DNA from: Horticoccus luteus
GTDB taxonomy: Bacteria; Verrucomicrobiota; Verrucomicrobiia; Opitutales; Opitutaceae
NCBI RefSeq assembly: GCF_019464535.1
Contig: NZ_CP080507.1
Location: 3,300,001-3,332,000 of the forward strand
Reading direction: 5' to 3'
DNA: 32,000 nt
Shown: piece by piece, positions 9,492 to 19,067 of the stretch
Layout of the letters: every line of letters begins with the position of its first letter
How positions within the stretch are numbered: the first letter of the stretch is position 1
Notes under the pieces: generated by a model
The model's database searches: none
What the model was told of the DNA's origin: nothing
The model's input: the letters and a program-made list of their open reading frames with translations, nothing else
Made by a program: the position numbers and the translations under genes

Positions 9492-9821
9492 ATGAATTCC
9501 AAACTCTACGTTGGAAATCTATCCTTCAACACGAACGAAGACGCGCTCCGCTCGGCCTTCGAACAATTCGGTGCCATCACCGACGTCTACATCGCCAGCG
9601 ATCGTGAAACCGGTCGCCCGCGCGGCTTCGCCTTTGTGACGTTTGCCACCGAGGAAGAATCCAAAGCCGCCATCGAAAAGATGCACGGCACCCAGCTCGA
9701 CGGCCGCGAAATCACCGTCAACGAAGCCAAGCCCAAGGAAGCCAGCGGCGGTGGTCGCAACTTCAGCAGCCCGAATCGTCGCCCCGGCGCGTTTCAGGAT
9801 CGCGGCAACAGCCGTTACTAA
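9492..9821 (+). CDS. RRM-type (RNP-1/RNP-2) RNA-binding protein with Gly/Arg-rich tail
   Basis: 109 aa. RNP-2 motif LYVGNL and RNP-1 motif RGFAFVTF. Typical bacterial Rbp layout, followed by a strong terminator. Confidence 0.9.
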   Translation: MNSKLYVGNLSFNTNEDALRSAFEQFGAITDVYIASDRETGRPRGFAFVTFATEEESKAAIEKMHGTQLDGREITVNEAKPKEASGGGRNFSSPNRRPGAFQDRGNSRY

Positions 9822-9849
9822 TCTCCCGCCCCGCGCGGTCTGATTTTCC

Positions 9850-9879
9850 GGCGAAGCGCTTTCGGCGCTTCGCCTTTTT
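9850..9879 (+). terminator. Rho-independent terminator of the RRM gene
   Basis: Perfect 10-bp stem GGCGAAGCGC (9850-9859) / GCGCTTCGCC (9865-9874), 5-nt loop, followed by TTTTT (9875-9879). Confidence 0.8.
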
Positions 9880-10034
9880 CATGCCCGCCCAACGCGACCC
9901 GCCCGCGACAGCCGCTTGCCTTTCACCGCCCACGCGCGGCCGACACTCACCGGTTGATCGCGCCGCATCGGGAACAACGCGATCGCCGACGGCGGCAAAC
10001 CCGCGCGAAGCCTCGCGCCCAAAAACCGGGCAGT

Positions 10035-10235
10035 TTAATCCGCCAGCAAATCGTAGCTGATCTTCCCCTCCGCCACCTCGCGCAACGCGGTGTCTTCGGC
10101 GGAAAGTTTTTCGAGCGACACCACCAACGGGCGGTTGCCCCGGCGCAGTTGTTTCACGCGCAGCGAGATCACGTTAACCAAAATATTGGGGTCATCGATG
10201 ACCTTCAGGGCGGATTGCAGGTAGTCGTCTCTCAT
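10035..10235 (-). CDS. rpoZ: DNA-directed RNA polymerase omega subunit
   Basis: 66 aa. NILVNVISLRVKQLRRG and TALREVAEGKISY resemble the conserved RpoZ core (helix with RArQL-like motif and the A-l-x-E-i-x-x-G-k-i segment). Size is typical. Confidence 0.65.
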   Translation of the reverse strand: MRDDYLQSALKVIDDPNILVNVISLRVKQLRRGNRPLVVSLEKLSAEDTALREVAEGKISYDLLAD

Positions 10236-10529
10236 GGGAATAATGGATTGCCCCGCGTGTCGCCGGCGCGGCGAATTTGGCGGAAGCGATCATTATAGAA
10301 ACGCCGAAGGGCGAAGACGATGCCTAACTTCACCGCCCGCGCCACCCGCCGACAAGCCACTGCCCCGCCACGCGCTTAGCCGCGTAATCGACGCCAAAAA
10401 TCACCCGTCGGCGGCCGCACCCCAACATGCGAATCACCACCGCGCCCCACGACCCGATGACCCTGCCCGCGTCGCACGCACCTGCGCGCATCGCCCGCGA
10501 CATCCTCTTCCAAAACGTTCAGAGGTAAA

Positions 10530-10614
10530 TGGTGCCCGGGAGCGGACTCGAACCGCTACACCTTACGGCACAGGCTTCTGAGACCTGCGTGTCTACCAAT
10601 TCCACCACCCGGGC
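10530..10614 (-). tRNA. tRNA-Leu (anticodon CAG), encoded CCA
   Basis: The reverse complement, GCCCGGGTGGTGGAATTGGTAGACACGCAGGTCTCAGAAGCCTGTGCCGTAAGGTGTAGCGGTTCGAGTCCGCTCCCGGGCACCA, folds as a cloverleaf. It has a 7-bp acceptor, anticodon stem CAGGT/GCCTG with loop CTCAGAA, a long variable arm (class II), T-arm AGCGG-TTCGAGT-CCGCT and a CCA end. Confidence 0.9.
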
Positions 10615-10709
10615 AATCTGACGGAACGGGCAAAACACACACTCCCTTCACCTCGCGCAAGGAAATTGATTTCCCTCGCGCCTCCCGCTCTCCAGACTGC
10701 CGCCTCCCT

Positions 10710-11348
10710 ATGAAAAAGGACGCCACCATCGCCAAGATCAAAGCCGAGAAGGTCATCGCGCTCATCCGCGCCCAAAACCCCGACGGCCTTCTCGATTGTG
10801 CCAAGGCCCTCGCGGAAGGCGGCCTCACCAGCATCGAGCTCACTATGACGACGCCCGGCGCGATTCGCATGCTCGAAAAAGCGACGTCCGAGCTTCCCGA
10901 TTTTCTTTTCGGCCTCGGCACCGTGCTCGACGCCGAAACCGCCCGTGCCGGAATCCTCGCGGGCGCGAGCTTCATCGTCACGCCTGCCCTCCGGCCCGAC
11001 GTCATCCAGCTCTGCCGGCGCTACTCCATCCCGGTGTTCAGCGGCGCCTTCACTCCCACGGAAATCGTCAACGCATGGGAAGCCGGCGCTGACGCTGCGA
11101 AAATTTTCCCCGCCGAATTTTTCGGCCCCGCTTACATTAAATCCGTCAAGGCGCCCCTGCCGCACATCGACATGGTGCCCACCGGCGGCGTTAACGCGGA
11201 GAACGTCGGCGCCTTCTTGAAGGCCGGCGCCATGGCGACCGCCGCCGGCAGTTCGCTCGTCGAAGCCGCCGCGCTCAAAGACAAAAACTGGGCCGCCATC
11301 ACTGCGAAAGCCCGCGCATTTGTCGCCGCCGTCGCCGCCGCGAAGTAA
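10710..11348 (+). CDS. eda: 2-dehydro-3-deoxyphosphogluconate / 4-hydroxy-2-oxoglutarate aldolase
   Basis: 212 aa with a KDPG-aldolase family pattern: VIALIR, GGLTSIELTMTTPGA, GLGTVL, FIVTP, and KIFPA with the Schiff-base Lys context. PTGGVN is near the C-terminus. Confidence 0.85.
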   Translation: MKKDATIAKIKAEKVIALIRAQNPDGLLDCAKALAEGGLTSIELTMTTPGAIRMLEKATSELPDFLFGLGTVLDAETARAGILAGASFIVTPALRPDVIQLCRRYSIPVFSGAFTPTEIVNAWEAGADAAKIFPAEFFGPAYIKSVKAPLPHIDMVPTGGVNAENVGAFLKAGAMATAAGSSLVEAAALKDKNWAAITAKARAFVAAVAAAK

Positions 11349-11415
11349 CGCCCGGCATCGTTTTCGCGCACCCTCGCCGCCTCGCCCCGCCGCCTCGTGC
11401 GGCGCGCCGGAGCTC

Positions 11416-11441
11416 AGCCCGCCTTCCCGGCGGGCTTTTTT
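11416..11441 (+). terminator. Rho-independent terminator after eda
   Basis: Stem AGCCCGCC (11416-11423) / GGCGGGCT (11429-11436), loop TTCCC, then a T-run through 11441. Confidence 0.7.
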
Positions 11442-11534
11442 GCGCGACTCGCTCGACGCAGGCCCTTGCCTCCACGCAGCAGCACGCTTCCTCCAAGTCG
11501 CACGTGCCCACGCGACCCGACGCGCCACCGCGCC

Positions 11535-12323
11535 CTACTTCCGCGCCGGCAAAAACGCCGCGATGTCCGGCAACTCTCGCACGCGTCGGCCGCCTTGGAG
11601 CCGCTCAAGATACGGATCCTGCTCCTGCTCGACGGTGACCTCGTCCTCTTCGCCGCCGCCCTCCTCCCAATCCTCGATCGTCTCGCCATCGTCTCCCGTC
11701 GCGATCCACTCCTGCTCGTCGTCAAACGCATGCGTCATCCGCCGCGCTTCCGGCGCGAGGATCAGCGCGGGGTTTTTCACGTGGCCACCTTTGAGCATTT
11801 CAAACAACGCCGGGTAAAACTGGTCGCGATACCGGGCTTGAAACGCACTCAACCACTTGTTCGCCACGTCCTCGCGGCGGTTGAGAAAAATCACGTCCGC
11901 GAAATGCACGCACGCATCATACCACGCCAGGAGCGGCGGGTTTTTCTCCGCCAACTGGCAGTTGACCACGCAGATCACGCGCGCCAGTTCGCCGCCACTG
12001 GTCGCGAGCCAGCTCTGAAACGCCTCCACTTGGTCGGCCGGGTTCCCATAACCATCGGCTACGAAAAACAGGTGCGTCGCCTCCGCCGGCACCGCCGCCG
12101 ACACCGAGCCGTGCTCCGCGCTCCAACGCACGACCTCCGGCGTCCTCGCCGCCTCGTCGGCGATCTCCGTCTCCCGCGCCGCGAGCAACACCACCGGGCG
12201 CGCCGTTGCATCCAAGCCATTCACGATCAGATCGTGCAACACTTCGCGCCGCCCCGAGCCCGACGCGCCGAGCACCAAATACACCAGAGGTTTTTCGCCT
12301 GAAGCCATAGCCATGTGAAACAC
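11535..12323 (-). CDS. Hypothetical protein with degenerate P-loop, G3E/CobW-like motif order, acidic C-terminal tail
   Basis: 262 aa with balanced composition, unlike the Arg-rich ORF on the opposite strand. Motifs in order are VLGASGSGRREVL (Walker-A-like, with Arg where Lys is expected), FFVADGYG (Walker-B/G3-like) and VIFLNRRED (NKxD-like). The tail is Asp/Glu-rich. The start is uncertain: GTG at 12323, or ATG at 12314 or 12308. Confidence 0.6.
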   Translation of the reverse strand: MFHMAMASGEKPLVYLVLGASGSGRREVLHDLIVNGLDATARPVVLLAARETEIADEAARTPEVVRWSAEHGSVSAAVPAEATHLFFVADGYGNPADQVEAFQSWLATSGGELARVICVVNCQLAEKNPPLLAWYDACVHFADVIFLNRREDVANKWLSAFQARYRDQFYPALFEMLKGGHVKNPALILAPEARRMTHAFDDEQEWIATGDDGETIEDWEEGGGEEDEVTVEQEQDPYLERLQGGRRVRELPDIAAFLPARK

Positions 12324-12483
12324 GAAGATTCCGCAAAAGGCGAAACTCCGTCAGCATTTTTTGCAACCCACCTCGCACTCTCGGCCTCGGGCGCTCCGCC
12401 CGCCCGTGCGCTCGCGTCAAAATCGCCGGCCCGGCACCTCCGCGCACCCGGCGGCTCTGTCCGCGCTCTTCGCCCCTCAACGC

Positions 12484-13602
12484 TTATGCGAACGTAAACG
12501 TCCCGCACTGCGCCGCCTGCCGCATCCAATGATCGACCAGCACGAGCGCGGTCATCGCTTCGACGATCGGCACCGCTCGCGGCACCACGCACGGATCGTG
12601 CCGGCCCCGCCCCATTAATTCCGTCTCGGCGCCAAGGATATCGACGGTCTTCTGTGACTGCAAAATCGTCGCCGTCGGTTTGAACGCCACGCGAAACACA
12701 ATCTCCTCGCCGTTGCTGATGCCGCCCTGCACGCCGCCGGAGCGGTTCGTCGTCGTGTGCACCACGCCGCCACGCGATTCAAACGCATCGTTGTGCTCGC
12801 TGCCGCGCAGCCGCGCCCCCGCGAACCCGCTGCCGATCTCAAATCCTTTGGTCGCCGGCAACGAAAGCATCGCCTTCGCCAGATCCGCCTCAAGGCGGTC
12901 AAACACCGGTTCGCCCAGCCCCGCCGGCAGTCCGCGCACCCGGCACTCGATCACGCCGCCCACCGAATCGCCCTCGCTGCGCACGTGTTTGATGCGCGCG
13001 ATCATCGCCGCCGCTGTCGCCGGATGCGGACAACGCACCGGCGTCGCCTCGACGTCCGCCAGCGTCGGAAACGCCGCCCGCGCCTCCTCCGGCATCGCGA
13101 TATCGTGCACCTGCGTGAGAAACGCCCGGATTTCCACCGCCGCGCCGCCCGCCGCCTTCACCCCTTGCGCTAAAATCTTCTTCGCAATGGCTCCCGCCGC
13201 CACGCGCCCCACGGTTTCGCGCGCCGAACTGCGCCCGCCGCCGCGGTGATCGCGCCGCCCAAACTTCGCCTGATACGTGAAATCCGCGTGCGACGGCCGA
13301 AACTTGTCCTTCATCTCGTCGTAGGCGCCCGGTCGTTGATCCGCGTTGCGCACCAGCAGCGAAATCGGCGTCCCCGTCGTGCGTCCCTCGAACACCCCCG
13401 ACAACACCTCCACGCGATCCTCTTCTTTGCGCGGCGTCACGATGTCGCTTTGTCCCGGTCGACGCCGATCAAGCTCCGCCTGAATTTCTGCCAGATCGAA
13501 TGGCAGATTCGGCGGACAACCGTCGATCACTACGCCCACGGCCGCCCCGTGGCTTTCGCCCCATGTAGTGACGCGGAAAAGCTTTCCGAAAGAGTTGGGC
13601 AT
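12484..13602 (-). CDS. aroC: Chorismate synthase
   Basis: I chose the ATG at 13602 ([19 protein letters not shown], the canonical AroC N-terminus). Further family motifs are [16 protein letters not shown] and [12 protein letters not shown]. The track ORF's 25-codon upstream extension was discarded. Confidence 0.92.
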   Translation of the reverse strand: MPNSFGKLFRVTTWGESHGAAVGVVIDGCPPNLPFDLAEIQAELDRRRPGQSDIVTPRKEEDRVEVLSGVFEGRTTGTPISLLVRNADQRPGAYDEMKDKFRPSHADFTYQAKFGRRDHRGGGRSSARETVGRVAAGAIAKKILAQGVKAAGGAAVEIRAFLTQVHDIAMPEEARAAFPTLADVEATPVRCPHPATAAAMIARIKHVRSEGDSVGGVIECRVRGLPAGLGEPVFDRLEADLAKAMLSLPATKGFEIGSGFAGARLRGSEHNDAFESRGGVVHTTTNRSGGVQGGISNGEEIVFRVAFKPTATILQSQKTVDILGAETELMGRGRHDPCVVPRAVPIVEAMTALVLVDHWMRQAAQCGTFTFA

Positions 13603-13742
13603 CGAGAGGCGGAAACGTTGGCGGCGCGCTCCGGCCCGGCAAGGGCAAACGAATCCCGAGGCAACCTTCTCGCGCACCCGGCGTCAGAATCGGGACAAAC
13701 GCGTTTACAACCACTCTTCTTGTGCATTTGCTGCCCCTTTTC

Positions 13743-15794
13743 ATGAGCCTGCGCTTTCTCCGTCTGCTGTCCGTCGCCCTCCCGGTTGTGCTTCTTAGTC
13801 CTGCTTGGGCGCAGCCTTCCACTCCCCCCGCCCGCACCGCTTCGCCTGCCCCGGAGGAAGAGACGATCCAGTCGATCAAACTTTCCGACGCTCCGCTCGA
13901 GACCGTGCTGCAGCTCCTCGAGCAATGGACTGGCCGCACCATCCTGCGCCCGCAAACCCTCCCGACCGCCACCTACACGCTCAACATCGTGCGGCCGATG
14001 CCGAAGAGCGAGGCGATCCACGCCCTCGAGACCATTCTCTCGATGAACCAGATCGGCCTCTCGCCGATGGGTGACCGTTTCTTGAAGGTCACTGCGCTCG
14101 CGCAAACCCGCACCGAAGCGCCCGAAATGCTCACCGGTTCCGCCCTCGATCTGCCGCCCTCCGGCCGCGTCATGTCGAAGGTCTTCCAACTCGATTTTCT
14201 GCGCGTCAGCGAATTCATCCCGCAGATCAACACGCTCCTCAATCCGCAGATGGGCGGGCCGGTGATCTTCGACAAAACCAACGCCGCACTCATCACCGAT
14301 TCGGTCAGCAACCTTCAGCGCGTCGAAACGCTCGTCCGCGAGCTCGACAAGCCCATCACGGCCAACATGACGCCGCGCTTTTACCCGCTGCACTTCGCGA
14401 AGGCCAGCGACTTGGTCAACAAGCTCCGTGCGCTCTTCCAAGGCCCTCTCCAAGGCCAGCTCGGCAGCGCCACCACCTACACCGCCGACGACCGCACCAA
14501 CCAAGTCATCGTTATCGCGGACCGGCGCCAGCGTGAGTTCTTCGACGACCTCATCGCCAAGCTCGACGTGAAAGCCGAGCCCAACACGCGCAACGAAGTC
14601 ATCTACTTGAAGCACGCTTCGTCGAAAGACGTTTCCACCCTCCTCAGCCAGCTCGTCTCCGGTCAGAACAACGCTGCGAAATCCACCGGCGCCGGCGGTT
14701 CTCTCCGCCCTGGTCAAGTCGTGACGCCCAACCAACCCGCCGGCACCCCTGCCGCGCCCGCCACCAACGCCTCAGCCACTCTCGCCGGCCTCGGCATCGA
14801 TAACACTACGGAGTTCAGCAGTCTGGTCACGATCATCCCCGACGAACGCAGCAACGCCGTGATCGTTTCCGGCACCGTCGACGACGTCCGCCTGATCCGT
14901 GAACTCGTCGAGAAAATCGACATCGTTTTGGCCCAAGTGAAAATCGAAGTGATCATCGCCGAGGTCACCTTGAACGACAACGACAAGAGCGGCATCGCCT
15001 CACTCGGACTCACAATCGGCCAAAATCCGAAGAACGGGAAAACCCAGATTACCAACTTTAGCTCAGGCAGTGTTTCCTCAACGGGCGGGGTGACCAGCGG
15101 CATCGCCGGTTGGGCCATCACCGGCGGCGTCGTCAACCCCCTCGCGTTCCAAGCCTTCCTCGGTGACACCGGTGCCAACAGCAACGTGAAGATTCTGTCC
15201 GCGCCGACCATCATGGCGGTGCACAATAAGGAAGCGGAAATCATCGTCGGCCAGTCGCAGCCCATTATCACCGGCAGCACGTCGAGTCCCATCTCCTCCG
15301 GCGTCACCACCGCGAACAGTTTGGTCACCAGCTCCCAGGTCACTTACAAAGACATCGCGATCGACTTGAAAGTCACGCCCCTCATCGGCGACGACGGCAG
15401 TATCGAACTCAAGATCGACCAGAAAGTGGATGACATCCTCGGCAACGTCACCATCGACAACAATCTGCAGCCCATCATCGGTCGTCGACAGGCAACGTCC
15501 TACGTTAATGTCATCGACGGACAGATGATTGTGCTCGGCGGCCTCCAGCGCACCAAGAACACCAAGGACCGCACGAAACTCGGCTTCTTCCACGAAATTC
15601 CGATCCTCAGTCAGATCTTCGGCGGCCGCAACAACACCCTCGAACGAACCGAGTTGCTCCTCTTCATCCGCCCGCACGTCATCCGTCCGGAAGAAGGCGG
15701 AAAAGATGCGCGCAAGCAAATCAGCGAGCAGTCGAATCGCGATCAGATCAACGACTACCTGACGCCGCCCGCTCCCTCGGCCAAGAAGAAGTAA
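13743..15794 (+). CDS. gspD: Type II secretion system secretin (GspD family)
   Basis: The ATG at 13743 gives a signal peptide, MSLRFLRLLSVALPVVLLSPAWAQ; an alternative GTG start is at 13722. Repeated N-domains are present (TNALITDSVSNLQRVETLVRELD, DRTNQVIVIADRRQREFFDDLIAKLD, ERSNAVIVSGTVDDVRLIRELVEKID). The C-terminal secretin core is NVKILSAPTIMAVHNKEAEIIVG ... IPILSQIFGG ... ELLLFIRPHVI. Confidence 0.88.
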   Translation: MSLRFLRLLSVALPVVLLSPAWAQPSTPPARTASPAPEEETIQSIKLSDAPLETVLQLLEQWTGRTILRPQTLPTATYTLNIVRPMPKSEAIHALETILSMNQIGLSPMGDRFLKVTALAQTRTEAPEMLTGSALDLPPSGRVMSKVFQLDFLRVSEFIPQINTLLNPQMGGPVIFDKTNAALITDSVSNLQRVETLVRELDKPITANMTPRFYPLHFAKASDLVNKLRALFQGPLQGQLGSATTYTADDRTNQVIVIADRRQREFFDDLIAKLDVKAEPNTRNEVIYLKHASSKDVSTLLSQLVSGQNNAAKSTGAGGSLRPGQVVTPNQPAGTPAAPATNASATLAGLGIDNTTEFSSLVTIIPDERSNAVIVSGTVDDVRLIRELVEKIDIVLAQVKIEVIIAEVTLNDNDKSGIASLGLTIGQNPKNGKTQITNFSSGSVSSTGGVTSGIAGWAITGGVVNPLAFQAFLGDTGANSNVKILSAPTIMAVHNKEAEIIVGQSQPIITGSTSSPISSGVTTANSLVTSSQVTYKDIAIDLKVTPLIGDDGSIELKIDQKVDDILGNVTIDNNLQPIIGRRQATSYVNVIDGQMIVLGGLQRTKNTKDRTKLGFFHEIPILSQIFGGRNNTLERTELLLFIRPHVIRPEEGGKDARKQISEQSNRDQINDYLTPPAPSAKKK

Positions 15795-15802
15795 GCCGCG
15801 CC

Positions 15803-17539
15803 ATGTCTGTTCTTCTCGCCGAAGGCCTCCCGGCTGCGTTCGCCGACCGTCTCACTCCCGAACAGCGCCAGTCTGTGCTGGAGGTGCCGCGCCACCTCCG
15901 CCTCGGCGCGCTCGCCCGCGAACTTTCGCTCGCCGAACCCGCCGCGCTCGCCGAGCTGGCCGACGCGTCGCGACTCGACATCGCGTCCAGCCTCACGCCC
16001 GACACCACCGCCCGCGGCCTGCTGCCCGCTCGCCTCGCGCACGATTACCAGATCATCCCGATCGTCTTCGGCCCGGCCGCCACGCCCGTCGATGATTCGG
16101 CGGAGGCCGAGGCCGACACCTTGCGCCCGCTCCACCTCGCCACCGGCTGGCCGCCCGATGCGATCATGTCCGAGTGGATTCGCACCTTCACCCCGCGCCC
16201 ACTCGTCTGGCATCTCGCCGTGCCCGAACGCGTTCAGCAGCTCATCGTCGAAACGTTCGGCGTCGGCTCCGGTTCGCTCGAAGACGGCGACGATGGATAC
16301 GTCGCCCCGGAAACGCTCACGCAGCAGGAGGAAACCGTCGACGAGGACGCCGCCGTGGTCCGCTTCGTCAGCGACGTCATTTCCCAAGCCATCGCCGACG
16401 AGGCGACCGACATCCATTTCGAGCCGCAGGAGGCGCAACTGCGCATTCGTTACCGCGTCGACGGCCTCCTCGTCCAGGTCCCCGTGCCGGAAAATTTGCT
16501 GCGTTATCAGGACGCCATCATCTCGCGCCTGAAAATCATGGCCCGGCTCAACATCTCCGAGAAACGCCTCCCGCAGGACGGCCGCATCAATTTCAAGGCC
16601 GCCAACACCACGCTCGATATCCGCGTCTCGACCGTGCCCACCATTTACGCGGAATCGATTTCGCTGCGCCTTCTCAACCAGAAGAAGGAAGCCTACACGA
16701 TGGACCGCCTCGGCATGAGCGCGGACGAGCAGGCGCAAATCGCCCAGGTCCTCGATTATCCGCACGGCATCATCCTCGTCACGGGCCCGACCGGCTCCGG
16801 CAAAAGCACGTCGCTCAACGCGTTTCTGCGCAAAATCAATTCCACCGATCTGCGCATCATCACGATCGAAGATCCGATCGAATACGAAGTGCCCGGCGTG
16901 AACCAGATGCAGGTTCGCACCGAGATCGGCCTCACCTTCGCCAGCGCGCTCCGCCACGTGCTCCGTCAGGATCCCGACGTCATCATGGTCGGCGAAATCC
17001 GCGACCGCGACACCGCCGACATCGCCATCCGCGCCTCGCTCACCGGCCACTTGGTTTTCTCGACGCTCCACACCAACGACGCGCCCGGCGCCATCACGCG
17101 TCTCGTCGACATGGGCATCGAGCCCTTCCTCGTCGCCTCCGCGATCGAGCTCGTCATCGCCCAGCGCCTTGTCCGCCGCCTCTGCAGCGAATGCTCGCGC
17201 CCCGAGCCCATCAGCAAACTCAAGCTTCGCGACACTCTCGCGATCCTCGGTTGCGATACCGCCGAGGCCGAGCTCATCGAGTCGCTCAAATCTCCCGTGG
17301 GCTGCGACCGCTGCCGTGGCACCGGTTATCGCGGCCGCATCGGCCTGTTTGAAATTTTCCGCCTCAACGACGACTTGCACGAACTCATCCTCAAGCGCGA
17401 AAGCACGCGCACGCTGACCCACGCCGCACGCCAGCAAGGCATGCGGTCTCTCGGCCAAAGCGGTTGGGACAAGGTCAAGGCCGGCTACACGACCCTCGAG
17501 GAAGTTCTTCGCGTGATCAGTGTCACCGAGAGCAAGTAA
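15803..17539 (+). CDS. gspE: Type II secretion / type IV pilus assembly ATPase (GspE/PilB family)
   Basis: 578 aa. Walker A GPTGSGKST, Asp box, Walker B DPDVIMVGEIRD, His box LVFSTLHTNDA, and the tetracysteine motif CSEC...CDRCRGTGYRGR typical of GspE. Confidence 0.92.
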   Translation: MSVLLAEGLPAAFADRLTPEQRQSVLEVPRHLRLGALARELSLAEPAALAELADASRLDIASSLTPDTTARGLLPARLAHDYQIIPIVFGPAATPVDDSAEAEADTLRPLHLATGWPPDAIMSEWIRTFTPRPLVWHLAVPERVQQLIVETFGVGSGSLEDGDDGYVAPETLTQQEETVDEDAAVVRFVSDVISQAIADEATDIHFEPQEAQLRIRYRVDGLLVQVPVPENLLRYQDAIISRLKIMARLNISEKRLPQDGRINFKAANTTLDIRVSTVPTIYAESISLRLLNQKKEAYTMDRLGMSADEQAQIAQVLDYPHGIILVTGPTGSGKSTSLNAFLRKINSTDLRIITIEDPIEYEVPGVNQMQVRTEIGLTFASALRHVLRQDPDVIMVGEIRDRDTADIAIRASLTGHLVFSTLHTNDAPGAITRLVDMGIEPFLVASAIELVIAQRLVRRLCSECSRPEPISKLKLRDTLAILGCDTAEAELIESLKSPVGCDRCRGTGYRGRIGLFEIFRLNDDLHELILKRESTRTLTHAARQQGMRSLGQSGWDKVKAGYTTLEEVLRVISVTESK

Positions 17540-17562
17540 CCGCGCCGCCGCCCACCGCCCTG

Positions 17563-18834
17563 ATGCCTCGTTTCTCCTACACGGCTCGCGATGCCTCGGG
17601 GCAGTCCGTCTCCGCGACGCTCGACGCCCCCACCCGCCGCGACGCCCTGCGCATGCTCTCCGCCCGCGGCGTGCGCGTCCTGAGCGTGGAAGAACAGGCG
17701 GAAAACGTCCGTCCCGCGCGCGACGGCGCCGCCGCCAAAACGAAGCCGCCCGCCAAAGTCGCCGCCGCTCGCCTCCGCCGCGAACGCACCGCCGTCGTGC
17801 TGCGCCGCAAGGAGCGCCTCTCCTTTTTGCAGGCCTTGCACGATCTCACGTCCAGCGGCCTGTCCGCCGGCGAGTCCGTCCGCCTCCTTTCGCATCGCAT
17901 CAAGGAGCCCGCGTTGCGCGCCCTCTGCGGCGGCCTGTGGGAACGCATCGGCGAAGGCGCCCCGCTGTCCCAAGCGATGGCCGCCTTCCCCCAGGTCTTC
18001 GATTCCTCCACGCTCAATCTCATCCAGGCCGGCGAAGCGACCGGGTCGTTGAACGAAACCCTGTCGCGCCTGATCGCCCATTTGCACGAGCAACGCGAAC
18101 TGCGGCGCCAGCTCGCCTCGGCACTCGCGTATCCGGTCTTCATGATGTTCGTCGCCGGCGGCGTCATCCTCTTCTTCATGTTTTTCCTCCTGCCGCGTCT
18201 GCAGACGCTGCTCAGCTCGCTCGGCGGCGAACTGCCGCTCTCCACGAAGATCCTCGTCGGCGCGGCCAACTTCTCCCTGCACTACGGCATCTTCGTCATC
18301 GCGGCGGCGATTTTCGCGGGCATCTCCTTCTGGCGCTGGCGCGCCACGGAGCCCGGTCGCGCCAAGTCCGACGCCTGGTTTCTGAAACTGCCGCTCGTCG
18401 GCGCGTTCATCACCTCGCAAACCGTTCTCGCCATCAGTCAAACGCTCTCCGTCCTCCTCGAAAACGGCATCACGACCGCCGAAGCGTTGAAGATGACCGA
18501 ACGCCAGATCGCGAATCGCGTGCAACGCAGCGCGTTCGGCGCGGCGATCACGCGCGTGCTCGAAGGCGAGGCGCTTTCCCTCGCGCTTGCCCGCACCAAC
18601 GTGTTTCCGGATCTCGTGCTCGACCGCCTCGCCGTCGGTGAAAACACCGGCAACGTCGTGCCGAGCCTGAAAGACATCGCGAAAAACTACCGTGCGAACA
18701 TCACGGTGCAGCTCAACGTCTTCACCCGCGTGATCGCGAGTGCCGTGCTGCTGGCCGTATTCGTGTTCGTCGGCTTCATCGCCTTTGCGATCGTCAGCGC
18801 CGTCTTCCAAGCCAGCGCGAGCTTCAAAGCCTGA
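17563..18834 (+). CDS. gspF: Type II secretion inner-membrane platform protein (GspF/PilC family)
   Basis: I chose the ATG at 17563 (MPRFSYTARDASGQSV, the canonical GspF N-terminus). It has two T2SSF-type repeats (SAGESVRLL..., ENGITTAEALKM...) and 3 hydrophobic TM segments. Confidence 0.88.
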   Translation: MPRFSYTARDASGQSVSATLDAPTRRDALRMLSARGVRVLSVEEQAENVRPARDGAAAKTKPPAKVAAARLRRERTAVVLRRKERLSFLQALHDLTSSGLSAGESVRLLSHRIKEPALRALCGGLWERIGEGAPLSQAMAAFPQVFDSSTLNLIQAGEATGSLNETLSRLIAHLHEQRELRRQLASALAYPVFMMFVAGGVILFFMFFLLPRLQTLLSSLGGELPLSTKILVGAANFSLHYGIFVIAAAIFAGISFWRWRATEPGRAKSDAWFLKLPLVGAFITSQTVLAISQTLSVLLENGITTAEALKMTERQIANRVQRSAFGAAITRVLEGEALSLALARTNVFPDLVLDRLAVGENTGNVVPSLKDIAKNYRANITVQLNVFTRVIASAVLLAVFVFVGFIAFAIVSAVFQASASFKA

Positions 18835-18969
18835 GCGCCTCAGGCCACTCGGGCGACCTACGCGACACCCGTTCCAAGCCTGCGTTGCCTCGTGCGAGTC
18901 CAACCAGCGCAGCGCGTTTTTACTCCGCGGGCCGCGCCGCCGGGTGATCGCTCTTCGCGTGCCAGAAGC

Positions 18970-18993
18970 GTAAGCGTCGCTTCGAGTGCCTCG
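18970..18993. repeat. IS66 terminal inverted repeat (tnpC-distal end)
   Basis: gtaagcgtcgcttcgagtgcctcg matches the reverse complement of 21413-21436 at 23/24 positions. Confidence 0.85.
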
Positions 18994-19067
18994 GATGAGT
19001 GGCACGGGATTTGAACGGGACGTAACTACGAGAGTGACGACGGCGAGGTGGCGCGTAGATCCGAGAC

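Noticed and set aside
9954-10298. 114-aa + ORF covering the rpoZ region
   Set aside because: It is antisense to a 66-aa ORF with a recognisable RNA polymerase omega signature, and its translation is Arg/Gln-rich without motifs.
19000-19014. Sigma-54-like element TGGCAC-N5-TTGA just inside the IS66 left end
   Set aside because: The -12 element is TTGA rather than TTGC. It points into the 3' end of tnpC on the antisense strand, with no downstream gene to drive. It is most likely a chance match within the IS terminus.
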